Counted from the first letter of the stretch, positions 41,072 to 51,119 are shown. The stretch: 64,000 nucleotides of DNA from an uncultured bacterium (GCA_963695095.1 CAVOFT010000001.1:3424001-3488000); one strand, 5' to 3'. The notes: generated from the sequence alone by a model not told the origin. Made by a program: numbers and translations.

Positions 41072-42667
41072 ATGCGCCCTCAGCGGATCGCCCCCCTGCT
41101 CATGCTGCTCATCGCCTTTGGCCTGGGCGCCTGCGAGGAGAAAGTCAGCGAGCCCGGCATCCACATCTACACTGCCGACAGCCTGCGCGGGACCATCGGC
41201 GACACGCTGCGCTTCGCCGGCTTCTACACGGGCAATCCCGGCGACGTGGCCCGCCACCAGTGGGACTTCAACTCGGACGGCATCTTCGACGCCACCTGGG
41301 AGAACCTCGGCCAGGATTGGCCCGCCGTCTCCTTCCTGCACAGCTACTCGCGCGCTGACAACTACACCGCCACCCTGCAGGTGACGACGGTGCAGAACCG
41401 CCTCTACCGCGCCACCACGCGGGCCATCGTCACGGACGGCCTGCCCCAGCTCAGCGCTAGCGTGCCCGACAGCGCGAACTGCGGCGAGACGATCAGCCTC
41501 ATCGGCCACGCCGTGGACGATGCCGGCAACCGAGCCTTCTGGGACCTGCGCGGCGACGGCAGCGCGGAACTCAGCCAGACCTTCACGGACAGCATCACCC
41601 TGGTCCTGAACACCAGCTTCGCGGAGCCCGGCCGCTACACGCTGGTCTTCGGAGCCAGCGACAACGACAATCACGTGGAGCGCCTGAGCTTCACGCTCAT
41701 CGTGGGCGGGGCGCCCTACTGGACGAGCGGCGCCGACCTGCTCGAGGCGCGTGCGGACCATGCGGCGGCTGCTTTCGAGGGCCGCCTCTACGTGTTCGGC
41801 GGCCGCCACGGCCGCGGCGTCGTCGGCTCCACGGAGATCTACGATCCCGTCAGCGACAGCTGGTCCTTCGGCAGCCCGCTGCCCACGCCGCGCTGGGGCG
41901 CCAAGGCCGTCGCCATGGCGGAGCGCATCTACGTGCTGGGCGGCGTCACGCAGAACGACAGCATCTTCCCCAGCGTGGAGATCTACGAGCCGGCCACGGA
42001 TAGCTGGCGGGTCTTCAACCCGCAGCTGCCCAAGCACCGCATGCCCAGCCGGAAGCGCGGCTTCGCGGCGCTCAAGGTGGGCGGCACCACGGCCTGCTGC
42101 GACTCCATCCTGCTCTTCGGCGGCATGGGCGCGGGCGGCATCAACGACACCACGCTGATCTACTACACCGCCCGCGACTCCTTCTCGATGGATCGCACCC
42201 ACTTCATGCAGGAGACCCGCGCCTGGCTGGGCGGCGCGACGGCCTGGAACACGCCGGCAGAGCTGGACGGCCGGCTCTACGCCGTGGGCGGCAGCGCCGA
42301 CGGCGCCACGCCCAGCAGCCGCGTGGAGGCCTACGACCCCTTCAGCGATTTCTGGCGCCTGCAGCCCGCCCTGCCCACGGCGCGCATCGCGCCCGCCGTG
42401 GCCTTCCTGGCGGGCAAGCTCTACGTGCTGGGCGGCTCGACCTCGGGCAGCGGGGCCAGCGCGGTGGCGGAGGTCTTCAGCCTCGGCGAGGGGGCCTGGG
42501 ACAGCCTGCCCGCCCTGCCCGTCCCCCGCAGCGGGGCGACGGCCCTGCGGCTGCCGGGCGAGGAGCGCATCTATCTCGTCGCCGGGGCGACGCCGGCCAC
42601 CTCCACCTACCACGTGGAGGGGAGCCGCGACCTGCAGATCCTGGTACCCTGGCGCTGCAGCCCCTAG
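41072..42667 (+). CDS. Lipoprotein with PKD-like Ig domains and a Kelch beta-propeller
   Basis: Lipobox LGAC, WDFNSDG, repeated LYVFGG..EIYDP..W Kelch blades. Confidence 0.85.
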   Translation: MRPQRIAPLLMLLIAFGLGACEEKVSEPGIHIYTADSLRGTIGDTLRFAGFYTGNPGDVARHQWDFNSDGIFDATWENLGQDWPAVSFLHSYSRADNYTATLQVTTVQNRLYRATTRAIVTDGLPQLSASVPDSANCGETISLIGHAVDDAGNRAFWDLRGDGSAELSQTFTDSITLVLNTSFAEPGRYTLVFGASDNDNHVERLSFTLIVGGAPYWTSGADLLEARADHAAAAFEGRLYVFGGRHGRGVVGSTEIYDPVSDSWSFGSPLPTPRWGAKAVAMAERIYVLGGVTQNDSIFPSVEIYEPATDSWRVFNPQLPKHRMPSRKRGFAALKVGGTTACCDSILLFGGMGAGGINDTTLIYYTARDSFSMDRTHFMQETRAWLGGATAWNTPAELDGRLYAVGGSADGATPSSRVEAYDPFSDFWRLQPALPTARIAPAVAFLAGKLYVLGGSTSGSGASAVAEVFSLGEGAWDSLPALPVPRSGATALRLPGEERIYLVAGATPATSTYHVEGSRDLQILVPWRCSP

Positions 42668-42759
42668 GCTAGTATTACACTTAGGCATTAATTGAGCTGC
42701 CAGGCCCCGGCCTGGATTATCTGGCTACAGAGCGATTTCAGACTCGGGCAACCCTGGAA

Positions 42760-42775
42760 CGGCACGCGCTTCGCA
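42760..42775 (+). promoter_or_regulatory. Sigma54-like promoter of the tandem GNAT gene
   Basis: CGGCACGCGCTTCGCA = GG-N10-GC, preceded by an AT-rich tract at 42668-42740. Confidence 0.5.
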
Positions 42776-42841
42776 TCCTGGGTTCGAATTCTCCGGCTGC
42801 CGGTGTCGGGCCACCAGGGGGCGACATCGTCGAGGAATGCT

Positions 42842-43822
42842 TTGTCGGATAAGCAGATAACCAGGGTCGAGCTGATCGGCCGCGGCCACGAGGCCCTGCC
42901 CGCCTTCTTCGAGGCCTTGCCGAAGGAGTCCGGTTGGCCGCCGGACACCGTGCTTTCGCTCACCGACCGGGAGCCCACGGAGTTCGAGCGCGCCGAGCGC
43001 TACGCGGCGGCCTTCGCCGAGGAGCAGATCGTCGGCGCCCTCAGCCTGCATCCGGCGGCAGCGGGCAACTACCACCGCATGCACAACCTGCACTTCCACA
43101 TCGACGTGCTCCCGGCCTGGCAGGGCCAAGGCGTCGGCACGGCCCTCATGCGCCGGCTGATCGATCACGCCCGCGAAGAGGGCTTCTGGCGCATCTACCT
43201 GGGCACCCTGTCCTGGAACCAGCCGGCGCTGGAGCTCTTCGGGCGCTTCGGCTTTCGGGTGGAGGGCCTCAGTCGCGGCGCCTACCGCGTCAAGACGCGC
43301 GGCGGCGAGGACTACTTCGTCGACGGCATCGGCATGGCGCTGTGGATCGGACCGCGCCTGGAGCTCAAGCCCGGCGACTGGAAGCTCAAGATCAACGCGA
43401 TGGAGCCGGGCACGGGCGAGCCGGTCTACCAGCTCGACGGCGAGCTGCTCATGGACGAGCTGGTCGCCCTCCACGAAGCCGTGGGCGATCTGCGCCATCG
43501 CCATCCGCGCTTGATCAAGGGGGCCTGGCGGCAGAGCGACCTGGTCGTCACCGCCCGCGTGGGCGGCCGACTCGTGGGCATGGCCCGCGCGCTCACCGAT
43601 CGCGCGAGCACGCTCTTCGTCTGCGACCTGATGGTGCACCCCGAGCAGCAGGGCCAGGGCATCGGCAGCGAACTGATGCGGCGACTCGTGGGGCCCTATG
43701 CGGAGATCTACCAGATCGTCCTGCTCACGGACCCGGAGACGATGCCGTTCTTCCAGCGCCTGGGCTACATGCACTGGGAGAGCACGGCGCTGCAGATGCA
43801 CCCGCCGCGGACGGAGACCTAG
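42842..43822 (+). CDS. Tandem GNAT acetyltransferase (two domains)
   Basis: Two acetyl-CoA motifs, VLPAWQGQGVG and VHPEQQGQGIG; TTG start after GAGG inferred. Confidence 0.85.
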   Translation: MSDKQITRVELIGRGHEALPAFFEALPKESGWPPDTVLSLTDREPTEFERAERYAAAFAEEQIVGALSLHPAAAGNYHRMHNLHFHIDVLPAWQGQGVGTALMRRLIDHAREEGFWRIYLGTLSWNQPALELFGRFGFRVEGLSRGAYRVKTRGGEDYFVDGIGMALWIGPRLELKPGDWKLKINAMEPGTGEPVYQLDGELLMDELVALHEAVGDLRHRHPRLIKGAWRQSDLVVTARVGGRLVGMARALTDRASTLFVCDLMVHPEQQGQGIGSELMRRLVGPYAEIYQIVLLTDPETMPFFQRLGYMHWESTALQMHPPRTET

Positions 43823-43928
43823 CCGCCGCGGCGGCCCACCTCCCCACGCCGCTTGGGACGCGAAGGCCCTCCCCTCCAACTCCGCTTCACAGGAGTTGTC
43901 GGAGAGGGCCTTCGCGCCCCTGGCGGCA

Positions 43929-45095
43929 TCAGGCAAGGGCCGCGGCGGCTACCGGGGCTTCGTTCGTGGCGGGCGCGGGCAGGCCGAGCGCTTCCAGGTA
44001 CACGGCTTCAACGCGGCGGGCGATCTCGCTCCAGTCCAGGCCGGCGGCCTTCTCGCGCCCGCGCTCGCCGTAGCGGCGCCGCGCCTCGCGGTGCTCGAGG
44101 AAGTAGCGCAGGGCGTCGGCCAGCGCCTTCTCGTTGCCTGGCTCGACGAGCAGGCCGTCCACGCCGTGGCTGACCACGTCCCGGTAGCCCTCGATGTCGA
44201 AGCCCACCACGGGCAGGCCGGCGGCCATGGCCTCCAGCAGCACCATGCCGAAGCTCTCGCGGCCCAGGCTGGGCGCGCAGAAGATATCCGCGGCGGCGTA
44301 GGTGGCGGCCAGCTGCTCGCGATCGGTGATGGCGCCGAGGAAGTGCACGCGGCCGGCCAGCGCGGCGGGCAGCGCGGCCTCGATGCGCCGGCGATCGGGG
44401 CCGTCGCCGGCGACGAGCAGGTCCACGTCCGCGCGCGCGGCGACGAGGCGCGCGAAGCTGCGGAGCAATAGCGGCAGGCCCTTGCGCTTGACCATCGCCC
44501 CCACGAAGAGGATACGCAGGCGCTCGGGGTCGAGCCCCGACAGGCCGGCCGGCTCGGCCTCGGCGAAGAGCGCGTAGTCCACCCCGTTGGGAATGATCCG
44601 GTAGTCCCCCGGGAAGAGGCGCTCCACCGGGCGCAGCGCGGCCTGGCTCACGGGGATGCGCAGGCGCGCCGGCGCCAGCCGGCGGCGCAGGGGCGCGCGG
44701 AAGGTCTCGGCCAGCAGATCCCGCGGATAGTAGCTGTGGAAGGTGGCCACCACGGGGCAGCGCGCGTGCTCGAGGGCCAGGTGCGTGAGCGTGGGCTGCA
44801 GGGGGCTGTGCAGGTGCAGGACGTCGAAGTCCTCGGCGGCGAGCAGCTCGCGCATCTCGCCGCCCAGGCGCCAGCCCACCGAGAAGCGCGACAGGCTGTT
44901 GTTGTAGCGCACGGGGACGCTGCGGCCCAGGCGCAGCACCCGCGGGCCGGCGTTGCCGTTCTTCCCGGGCATGTGGCTGGTGATCACGGTCACCTCGTGG
45001 CCGCGGGCCGCCAGGGCGTTGCCCACGGCGCGGATGTGCTCGCTCACGCCGCCCCAGAGCGGGTAGTAGAATTCGCTGACCACGCCGACCTTCAT
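43929..45095 (-). CDS. GT4 glycosyltransferase, PimA-like
   Basis: GGVSEHI, VATFH, IIPNGVD, RKG, ESFGMVLLEAMAAG. Confidence 0.85.
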   Translation of the reverse strand: MKVGVVSEFYYPLWGGVSEHIRAVGNALAARGHEVTVITSHMPGKNGNAGPRVLRLGRSVPVRYNNSLSRFSVGWRLGGEMRELLAAEDFDVLHLHSPLQPTLTHLALEHARCPVVATFHSYYPRDLLAETFRAPLRRRLAPARLRIPVSQAALRPVERLFPGDYRIIPNGVDYALFAEAEPAGLSGLDPERLRILFVGAMVKRKGLPLLLRSFARLVAARADVDLLVAGDGPDRRRIEAALPAALAGRVHFLGAITDREQLAATYAAADIFCAPSLGRESFGMVLLEAMAAGLPVVGFDIEGYRDVVSHGVDGLLVEPGNEKALADALRYFLEHREARRRYGERGREKAAGLDWSEIARRVEAVYLEALGLPAPATNEAPVAAAALA

Positions 45096-45967
45096 CAAGC
45101 AGCCGCTCCTTTCACGCCCGGCGCCATCTGCGCCGCCAGCTCACCGTCGTGCAGGGGGTAGAGCACGCACCACTGCTCGGGATCGGCGGCGACGGCCGCC
45201 GCCAGGGCTTGCGCGTAGCCGGCGAGCGAGTCGGCCCCGGCAGGCAAGGCAGGGTATACCTTGATAGCATAGCCGCCCGGCTCTCGCAGCAGGAAGATGG
45301 GCAGCAGCGCCGCGCCCGCGCGCTCGGCGAGCGCGAGGCCGGCGGCCGGAAAGGCCCGCGGCCCGCCGAAGAAGGTCTCCGAGCGCAGGCCCTGGCCCGC
45401 CGTGCTCGCCGGATCCAGCGCGCGGTCGATGAGCATGCCCACCGCGCGCCCGCGGGCGAGCTGGCGATAAAGGGCCACCCCGGCGCCGGGGCCCGAGATC
45501 GTGCGCAGCCCTCCCGCCGCGCGGATGCGCATGAAGAGCGCGGCCAGCGCCGGCGGCTCCAGGGCCTCGGCCAGGGCCGAGAACTCGGGGAAGCGGCGAC
45601 CCACCCAGCGCGAGAGCAGGTCCCAGTTGCCCAGGTGCGCGCCGAGGAAGCAGACCGGCCTGCCGGCAAGCCCGGCGAGGTGCTCGCCGCCCTCCACGCG
45701 GAAGCGCAGCCGCTCCAGGCGCTCGGGCCGCGCGCTCAGGGCCAGCAGCTCGCCCCAGTAGCGGCCGTAGTTCGCAAAGACCGCCCCGACGCGCCCGGGG
45801 CGGCCGCCCGCCGCGGCAATGGCGGCGAGATTGGCGGCCACCCTGGCCCGCCGCGGCGAAAAGCGCCCGCCCAGGCGCCAGGCGGCGGCAGCGAGGGCGG
45901 CGCAGGCACCCAGCGGCAGCAGGCCGGCGAGGGCGAGGCCGAGGCGCAGGGCGATCAGCGTGAGCAC
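45095..45967 (-). CDS. LpxL/PatA-family lipid acyltransferase
   Basis: HLGNWD (HX4D), YGRYWGE, MLIDR, ETFFG, PEQW; TGATG coupling to the GT4 gene. Confidence 0.8.
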   Translation of the reverse strand: MLTLIALRLGLALAGLLPLGACAALAAAAWRLGGRFSPRRARVAANLAAIAAAGGRPGRVGAVFANYGRYWGELLALSARPERLERLRFRVEGGEHLAGLAGRPVCFLGAHLGNWDLLSRWVGRRFPEFSALAEALEPPALAALFMRIRAAGGLRTISGPGAGVALYRQLARGRAVGMLIDRALDPASTAGQGLRSETFFGGPRAFPAAGLALAERAGAALLPIFLLREPGGYAIKVYPALPAGADSLAGYAQALAAAVAADPEQWCVLYPLHDGELAAQMAPGVKGAAA

Positions 45968-46040
45968 GCGGGCTCCTGGCGGGATCGGGGTGGGTCGAGG
46001 GCTGCGGTCGAGTCTAGCGGGCGCGGGGCTCTCCGGCAGC

Positions 46041-46074
46041 AAAAAAGGGCCTCCCGCGCGGGCGGGAGGCCCTT
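46041..46074 (-). terminator. Intrinsic terminator after the PLD-like gene
   Basis: AAGGGCCTCCCGC/GCGGGAGGCCCTT inverted repeat with a U6 tail on the minus strand. Confidence 0.8.
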
Positions 46075-46094
46075 CTCGGCGAAGCGCTCGGCGC

Positions 46095-48527
46095 CTACTG
46101 CACGCTGAGCAGCTTGTGGCTGGCCGTCTGGGCGCGACCGGCCGCATCGCGGGCGTCCACGCGGGCAAAGTAGACGCCGCTGGGCAGCTTGCGCCCGCTC
46201 TCGTCCGCGCCGTCCCAGCCGATCAGGTGATAGCCCGCGCCGAGCTGGCGATCCGCGAAGAGGCGGCGCGCCAGGCGGCCCGTCGCATCGTAGATCTCCA
46301 GGCTCACGGCGGCATCGACCCGCGTCGTGAAGGCGATGCTCGTGAAGGGGTTGAAGGGGTTGGGGAAGCTCGCCAGGCCGTCGAGGAGCGCGCCCTGGGG
46401 CACCGTGCCCTCGGGAACGCCCACGGCCGTGCCGAGGGTGCCCGTGCCGCCCGACTCGTGATAGCGCTCGGCGAACTCCTGCAGGAACATGTTGGCCACG
46501 CCCTGATCGTGGATGATCACCGTGTTCTCGTCATTCGCGCCGTCGGCGGCGAAGCTGTAGTTGTGGCTGCCCGTGGCCACCAGCGGGTCCGCGCTCGGGT
46601 TGTTCACGTCCACGACCATGTACTTGTGGTGCAGGAGCCGGCTGCTGGGCAGCGGCGTGTCGATCCAGACGTCGGCGGGGATATCCCAGGCATAGGGCGT
46701 GCAGGGATCGCCGGCCATCTCGTAGTACACGCTGCCTGCGCCGCATGCGCCCAGGCCCTCGTCGAAGACGCCGCGGATCTCCATGGCGCCGCCCAGGGCC
46801 GCGCGACGCTCGTACATGGCATCCGAGAGGTTGTAGTTCGTGAAGGCGAGAATGGTGAAGTAGACCGAGTAGTCGGCCGTCGCCACCGTGCGCTCGAGCT
46901 GGCTCTCGACGGCGTCGCTGGGGCTCATGAACTGCTCCACGCGCAGGCCGTTGATGCGGAACTCGTGCGGCGAGTCGTCCAGCTTGCGCGAGCCGAAGCG
47001 GGCGAGCGTGGAACTCGGCGTCTGCGTGTCGCTGCCCCACATCTCGTTGAAGTCCATCAGGTAGGCCTGGGCGAGGCCGTAGTCCTGGATGTCCAGGCCG
47101 TTGTTGACGTCGTCGTTGCCTGAAATGCTCATGTTGCCGCTGCCCGTCCACACGCGGTCGTTGTACTTGTCCGCGTCGCGGCCGTCGATGACCACGTACT
47201 TGTTGTGCATGATGCCGTAGCCGTCGGCGGCGCCGTGGTTGCCGCCGTAGCTGCTCGTGATGTAGGGGATGCCGAAGCTCGCGCAGTAGATGGCGTACTC
47301 CGGCGAGTTGTCGGCCTCGATGATCAGGCGCACCAGGCAGCCGCGCTGGTGGGCGGCGACGAGCGCATCGCGCACGTTGGTGAGGCTGAAGCTGTACAGC
47401 GCCGCGTCCACCGAGCTCTCGGCGCCGTTGATGAGGGCCGTCAGCAGCGAGCTGAGGTTCTGGCTCTCCGGCACCTCGTTGCCCGGGTCCGCGTAGCTCT
47501 CGTCCGCCGTGAAGCTCATGTAGACGTGCAGCTCGCCCGGCTGGTCGCTGGCCGTGGCCAGGAGCTGGTCGGGCCCGAAGCGGGTGCCCTCGCCGTCGCT
47601 GCTCTTGGCGCGGAAGTGATAGATGGTGTTGGCGTCGAGCGCGCTCAGCTCGACGGTGTGCGCCGTCTCGCTGGCGCCGGCGTCGCCGGCCGTCATGCCG
47701 TAGCTGTCGGTGAGGCCGTACTCGATCTCGCTCGTGCCCGGCGTGGCCGTCTCGAAGTAGAGCGTGGCGGCCGTGGCGGAAAGCTCCAGCACCTGCGCGG
47801 GGCCGTTGATCGGCGGGCCGGGCTGGGTGGGGATGATGTCGGACAGGAAGCGCGGCACGATCTCGTAGCCCGAGGTGTAGGGCGAGGTCGTGTCGTACTG
47901 CTTGACGATGCCGATCGCCGAGAAGTTGCTGCCGGGATCGGGGCTCCCGTTCACCGCCGTGTCCTTGTCGATGAAGAGCTGCGCCGTGGCCGTGCCGTCG
48001 CTGACGTAGACGGAGCTGTTGGAGCCCAGCGGCGAGGTGGGCCAGGCGCCGGTCACGATGTTCAGCCCGTCGATGCGGATCAAGCGGCCCTCGTTGGGCT
48101 CGCTGTGGTCCACGTGGAAGCTGCCGTTCAGCTCGGCGCAGCTGATCACCAGCGGCTCGGGCACCTCGTAGCCCGCGCCGTGGAGGACCTGCACGAAGGA
48201 GGGCGTGGTCAGCTCGACGAGGCCGTTGAAGTTGGCCACCGTGGCGGTCACCGTGATGCTGTCGCCCAGCTCGGCCTCGTAGGTCGCTGCCCCCGCGCTC
48301 ACCCAGAGGTTCACGCCCCCGGTGGGGTCCTGGACGTAGACCTCGTAGTTGTAGGTGCTGTAGATGCTGTCCGGGCTCGTGATGACCCCGCTGACGGTGA
48401 CGACCTGACCGAGCAGGTCGGGCACCCCGTTGGCGTCGTTGGCGTGCAGGGCGGAGATGTCGATGGCCGCCGCCGGGCCGGCCAGGGCGAGGATCCCGAG
48501 GAGGATCGGCAGGGTGCGCAGGCGCAT
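46095..48527 (-). CDS. Secreted phospholipase D-like / nuclease protein (OB-fold, FN3-like domain, two HKD motifs, FlgD-Ig C-terminus)
   Basis: Signal peptide, MHNKYVVID..WTGSGN, LHHKYMVVD..TGSHN, FPNPFNP...LPSGVYF. Confidence 0.87.
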   Translation of the reverse strand: MRLRTLPILLGILALAGPAAAIDISALHANDANGVPDLLGQVVTVSGVITSPDSIYSTYNYEVYVQDPTGGVNLWVSAGAATYEAELGDSITVTATVANFNGLVELTTPSFVQVLHGAGYEVPEPLVISCAELNGSFHVDHSEPNEGRLIRIDGLNIVTGAWPTSPLGSNSSVYVSDGTATAQLFIDKDTAVNGSPDPGSNFSAIGIVKQYDTTSPYTSGYEIVPRFLSDIIPTQPGPPINGPAQVLELSATAATLYFETATPGTSEIEYGLTDSYGMTAGDAGASETAHTVELSALDANTIYHFRAKSSDGEGTRFGPDQLLATASDQPGELHVYMSFTADESYADPGNEVPESQNLSSLLTALINGAESSVDAALYSFSLTNVRDALVAAHQRGCLVRLIIEADNSPEYAIYCASFGIPYITSSYGGNHGAADGYGIMHNKYVVIDGRDADKYNDRVWTGSGNMSISGNDDVNNGLDIQDYGLAQAYLMDFNEMWGSDTQTPSSTLARFGSRKLDDSPHEFRINGLRVEQFMSPSDAVESQLERTVATADYSVYFTILAFTNYNLSDAMYERRAALGGAMEIRGVFDEGLGACGAGSVYYEMAGDPCTPYAWDIPADVWIDTPLPSSRLLHHKYMVVDVNNPSADPLVATGSHNYSFAADGANDENTVIIHDQGVANMFLQEFAERYHESGGTGTLGTAVGVPEGTVPQGALLDGLASFPNPFNPFTSIAFTTRVDAAVSLEIYDATGRLARRLFADRQLGAGYHLIGWDGADESGRKLPSGVYFARVDARDAAGRAQTASHKLLSVQ

Positions 48528-48650
48528 GCGTGTCTCCATGGCTGGGGAGAGGAGTGGCTGGGCGGGCAAAGCCGCCGCCGACCCGCTGGCGAGCCGGACC
48601 GTCAATTATAACAAACAGGACCCGGTTTGCGAAACCCCCAGGCGGGCGCT

Positions 48651-50387
48651 TCAGCCGCCCGAGCGCAGGCGGCGCTCCAGGCGCCAGTCGAGGCCGAGCT
48701 CGAGCTGCCAGCCGTCGCCGGGTACGCGGCCGTCCAGGCCGGCGGGCCAGAGCCCCGAGCGGTCCACGCGGGCCAGGCCGCAGCGCAGATCCAGGCGCCC
48801 GGCGCCGGGCGCTGGCCAGTCGCGGCGCTCCCAGATGAGGCGATAGAGGCGCTCGACGGAGCGCTCCCCCACCAGCCAGGCCTTGTCCTTCTTCGCCATC
48901 CGGATGAAGCCGAAGTCCTCGCCACGGCGGCCCTCGATGAGCCCCCAGCGGCATTGCTCGAACTCCAGGGTGAGACGCCCCCAGCGCGCCGCGGGCGGCA
49001 GGTGCAGGGCGGCGTAGAGGCCGTCGGCGTTGGGCCCCAGCCAGTGGCCGAGCAGGCGGCCCTCGCCGAGCCGATCGTCGCGGACGAAGGCGCGGCGGAT
49101 GTCGCGGTCGTGGTGAAAGTAGACCTGCGGATCCAGGTGCACGGCCTCGATCGCGAGGTCGGCCCCGGCCAGGCCGAGGGGATTGGCCCAGACGAGGCCC
49201 GCCAGCTCGGCGAAGCTCGAGATGCCCGCCTCCTCGCCGGCCGGTTCAGCGGACTCGAGAGTCACCAGGCGATCGAGGAGGAACTCGCCGTAGAAGGTGA
49301 GGGGCGCGAGATCGAGGCGGCAGTCGATGCCGAGCACCTTCTTGTCGTCGGTGCCGCTCTGATCGGCAATGTCCTGGGTGCCCGCCACGAGGAAGGTCAC
49401 CGGGTTCAGATAGGCGAGATCGATGCCCCGCCCGCCATAGGCCACCGCCTCGTAGAGCCCGAAGCTGAGCGGACCCGGCGGGTGGATCTCGAGGCGATGC
49501 AAGGCAACATAGGCCTCGCCCGGCACGGATTGCTCCGTGCTGTCGGGCGGGAAGGGCTCGCCCGGAATGTAGCTCGGCGGATTGGGGCCGCGCTGGGTCT
49601 GGGCGAAGAGGCTGGCGCCGGCGACGTAGCGCGTGCGGAAGTGGAAGCTGATCCCGTCCAGGGGAAAGGGGTTCTCCGAGAGGAAGAGGCTGCCGCGGCG
49701 GCCCACGCCCCAGCGGCGGTCCTCGCGGCCCAGGCGCAGTTCGGCCCAGTCGCCGCCCCAGGCGAGCACGGCGCGGTCGAGGCGAGCGCTGGGCTCCTGG
49801 GTGATGTCGCTCGCGGCAAACGGCAGGTTGTCCACCCAGCCGCCGTCGCCGGCCCCGCGGCTGAATCGGCTGTAGTCCTCGTAGAAGTGGAGCTGGGCCG
49901 TGAGGCGGCCATCGAGTTCGGCGTCGAGGCCGAGCTGGAGCAAGCCCTGGCGCCGCGGTCGCCGCTCGGCGAGGGCCAGCGAGTCCAGGTCCGTGGGCCC
50001 GCCGAAGTAGCGCAGGCCCGCGGACAGCTCCCAGAGCGCTGGCGGATCGGCGCCCGGCGCTCGCCGCGCCGGCGATCCGGAGATCTCGCCGGCCGGGGGC
50101 TCCCAGCCGGCGGTCAGCGCTTCCAGGCGCGCCAGGCGCCGCGCATCGGCCGGAGTCAGCTCCCCGCGCCGGCTCGCCACGCGGGCCACGGCCCGGGCCA
50201 GTTCGTCGCGGCGCAGCGGGCGCAGCTCGAGGCTGCCCTCCCAGAAGCCCAGGGTACGGAAGTGCTCGAGCTGCTCGTAGACTTCCGCAGCGGGCGGCAC
50301 GCGCAAGGCCCCTTGGGCCCGCGCCGTGACGCACTCTGCAACGGCGAGGAAGGCCAGGAGTGCATAACGAGCGATGGGATGATGCAA
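48651..50387 (-). CDS. Capsule assembly Wzi-like outer-membrane protein
   Basis: LGREDRRWGVG..GSLFLSEN..PLD, HRLE, YLNP, LGHWLGPNAD; TTG start after GGAGG. Confidence 0.7.
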   Translation of the reverse strand: MHHPIARYALLAFLAVAECVTARAQGALRVPPAAEVYEQLEHFRTLGFWEGSLELRPLRRDELARAVARVASRRGELTPADARRLARLEALTAGWEPPAGEISGSPARRAPGADPPALWELSAGLRYFGGPTDLDSLALAERRPRRQGLLQLGLDAELDGRLTAQLHFYEDYSRFSRGAGDGGWVDNLPFAASDITQEPSARLDRAVLAWGGDWAELRLGREDRRWGVGRRGSLFLSENPFPLDGISFHFRTRYVAGASLFAQTQRGPNPPSYIPGEPFPPDSTEQSVPGEAYVALHRLEIHPPGPLSFGLYEAVAYGGRGIDLAYLNPVTFLVAGTQDIADQSGTDDKKVLGIDCRLDLAPLTFYGEFLLDRLVTLESAEPAGEEAGISSFAELAGLVWANPLGLAGADLAIEAVHLDPQVYFHHDRDIRRAFVRDDRLGEGRLLGHWLGPNADGLYAALHLPPAARWGRLTLEFEQCRWGLIEGRRGEDFGFIRMAKKDKAWLVGERSVERLYRLIWERRDWPAPGAGRLDLRCGLARVDRSGLWPAGLDGRVPGDGWQLELGLDWRLERRLRSGG

Positions 50388-50439
50388 GGAATCCTCCGGC
50401 TGGGGCGGGGCGATTCTAGGCGCGCGCCCGAGCGCGGAC

Positions 50440-50473
50440 AAACAAAAAGGGCCGCCCCGCGCGCGGGGCGGCC
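50440..50473 (-). terminator. Intrinsic terminator after the HTH gene
   Basis: GGCCGCCCCGC/GCGGGGCGGCC hairpin followed by a U-rich tail on the minus strand. Confidence 0.75.
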
Positions 50474-50531
50474 ATGAATCCGCGAGGCAGCGGGGCGCAT
50501 CCATGCCCGCCCGCCGCCGGTCGCCGAGTTC

Positions 50532-50759
50532 CTAGGCGTTCACTTCCTGGGCGAGCCAGCGATCCAGCACGCTCTTGAGGAAGCGCCACTCGCTGCCGAC
50601 CTTCTTCGCCGGAATCTTGCCTTCCTTGGCCAGCCGGCAGACGGTCTTCACGTGCATCTTCAAGTACTCGGCCGCCTCGACCGAGGTGAGCACCGGAGAC
50701 ACCTGCTCCTCCGTGCCCACATAGATGTTCGAGTATTCGCTTTCCTTCCAGTCGGCCAT
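50532..50759 (-). CDS. Small excisionase-like (HTH_17) DNA-binding protein
   Basis: LTSVEAAEYLKMHVKTVCRLAKEGKIPAKKVGSEWRF; 75 aa. Confidence 0.88.
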   Translation of the reverse strand: MADWKESEYSNIYVGTEEQVSPVLTSVEAAEYLKMHVKTVCRLAKEGKIPAKKVGSEWRFLKSVLDRWLAQEVNA

Positions 50760-50895
50760 CGGTATCTTCCTTCGTTGCAGGTTCCCATCGCTGCAGGTCG
50801 CCGGAGCTCCCCGCCACAGCTTGAACGTGCGCCTCTGCACTCGGAGCTCCCCTCCGCCAGGCAGGGCCGGGCGGCGCTCCCGTCGGCGATGCGAC

Positions 50896-50911
50896 AGCAA
50901 GGTCCATGCCA
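50896..50911 (-). promoter_or_regulatory. Sigma54 promoter of the HTH gene
   Basis: Minus strand TGGCATGGACCTTGCT. Confidence 0.7.
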
Positions 50912-51119
50912 CCGCTATTCTTCCCCATAATGCCCTGTATTTCTTGAGATTGCAGGCTTTGGGCCACGGCGAACCGGGCAAGAGCTGCTCGCCGCCCGCG
51001 ATGCCGGCGGCTTCCTTTGCCTTCCCCATCCTGCCCGTCCCCTCCCGATCGCGTCCTGCACGCCGCCCCGCAATCCGCACTTACCGCAGCGCGCCGCGCC
51101 GCGTGCCGGCCGTGGGCCG

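Noticed and set aside
40375..41073. Track ORFs of 80-200 aa in the cdaA-Kelch gap
   Set aside because: Low-complexity Arg/Pro/Ala/Gly translations with no RBS or recognisable motif.
50532..50759. Prophage or integrative element marked by an excisionase
   Set aside because: No integrase, att site, tRNA or phage genes nearby, and no sustained composition shift.
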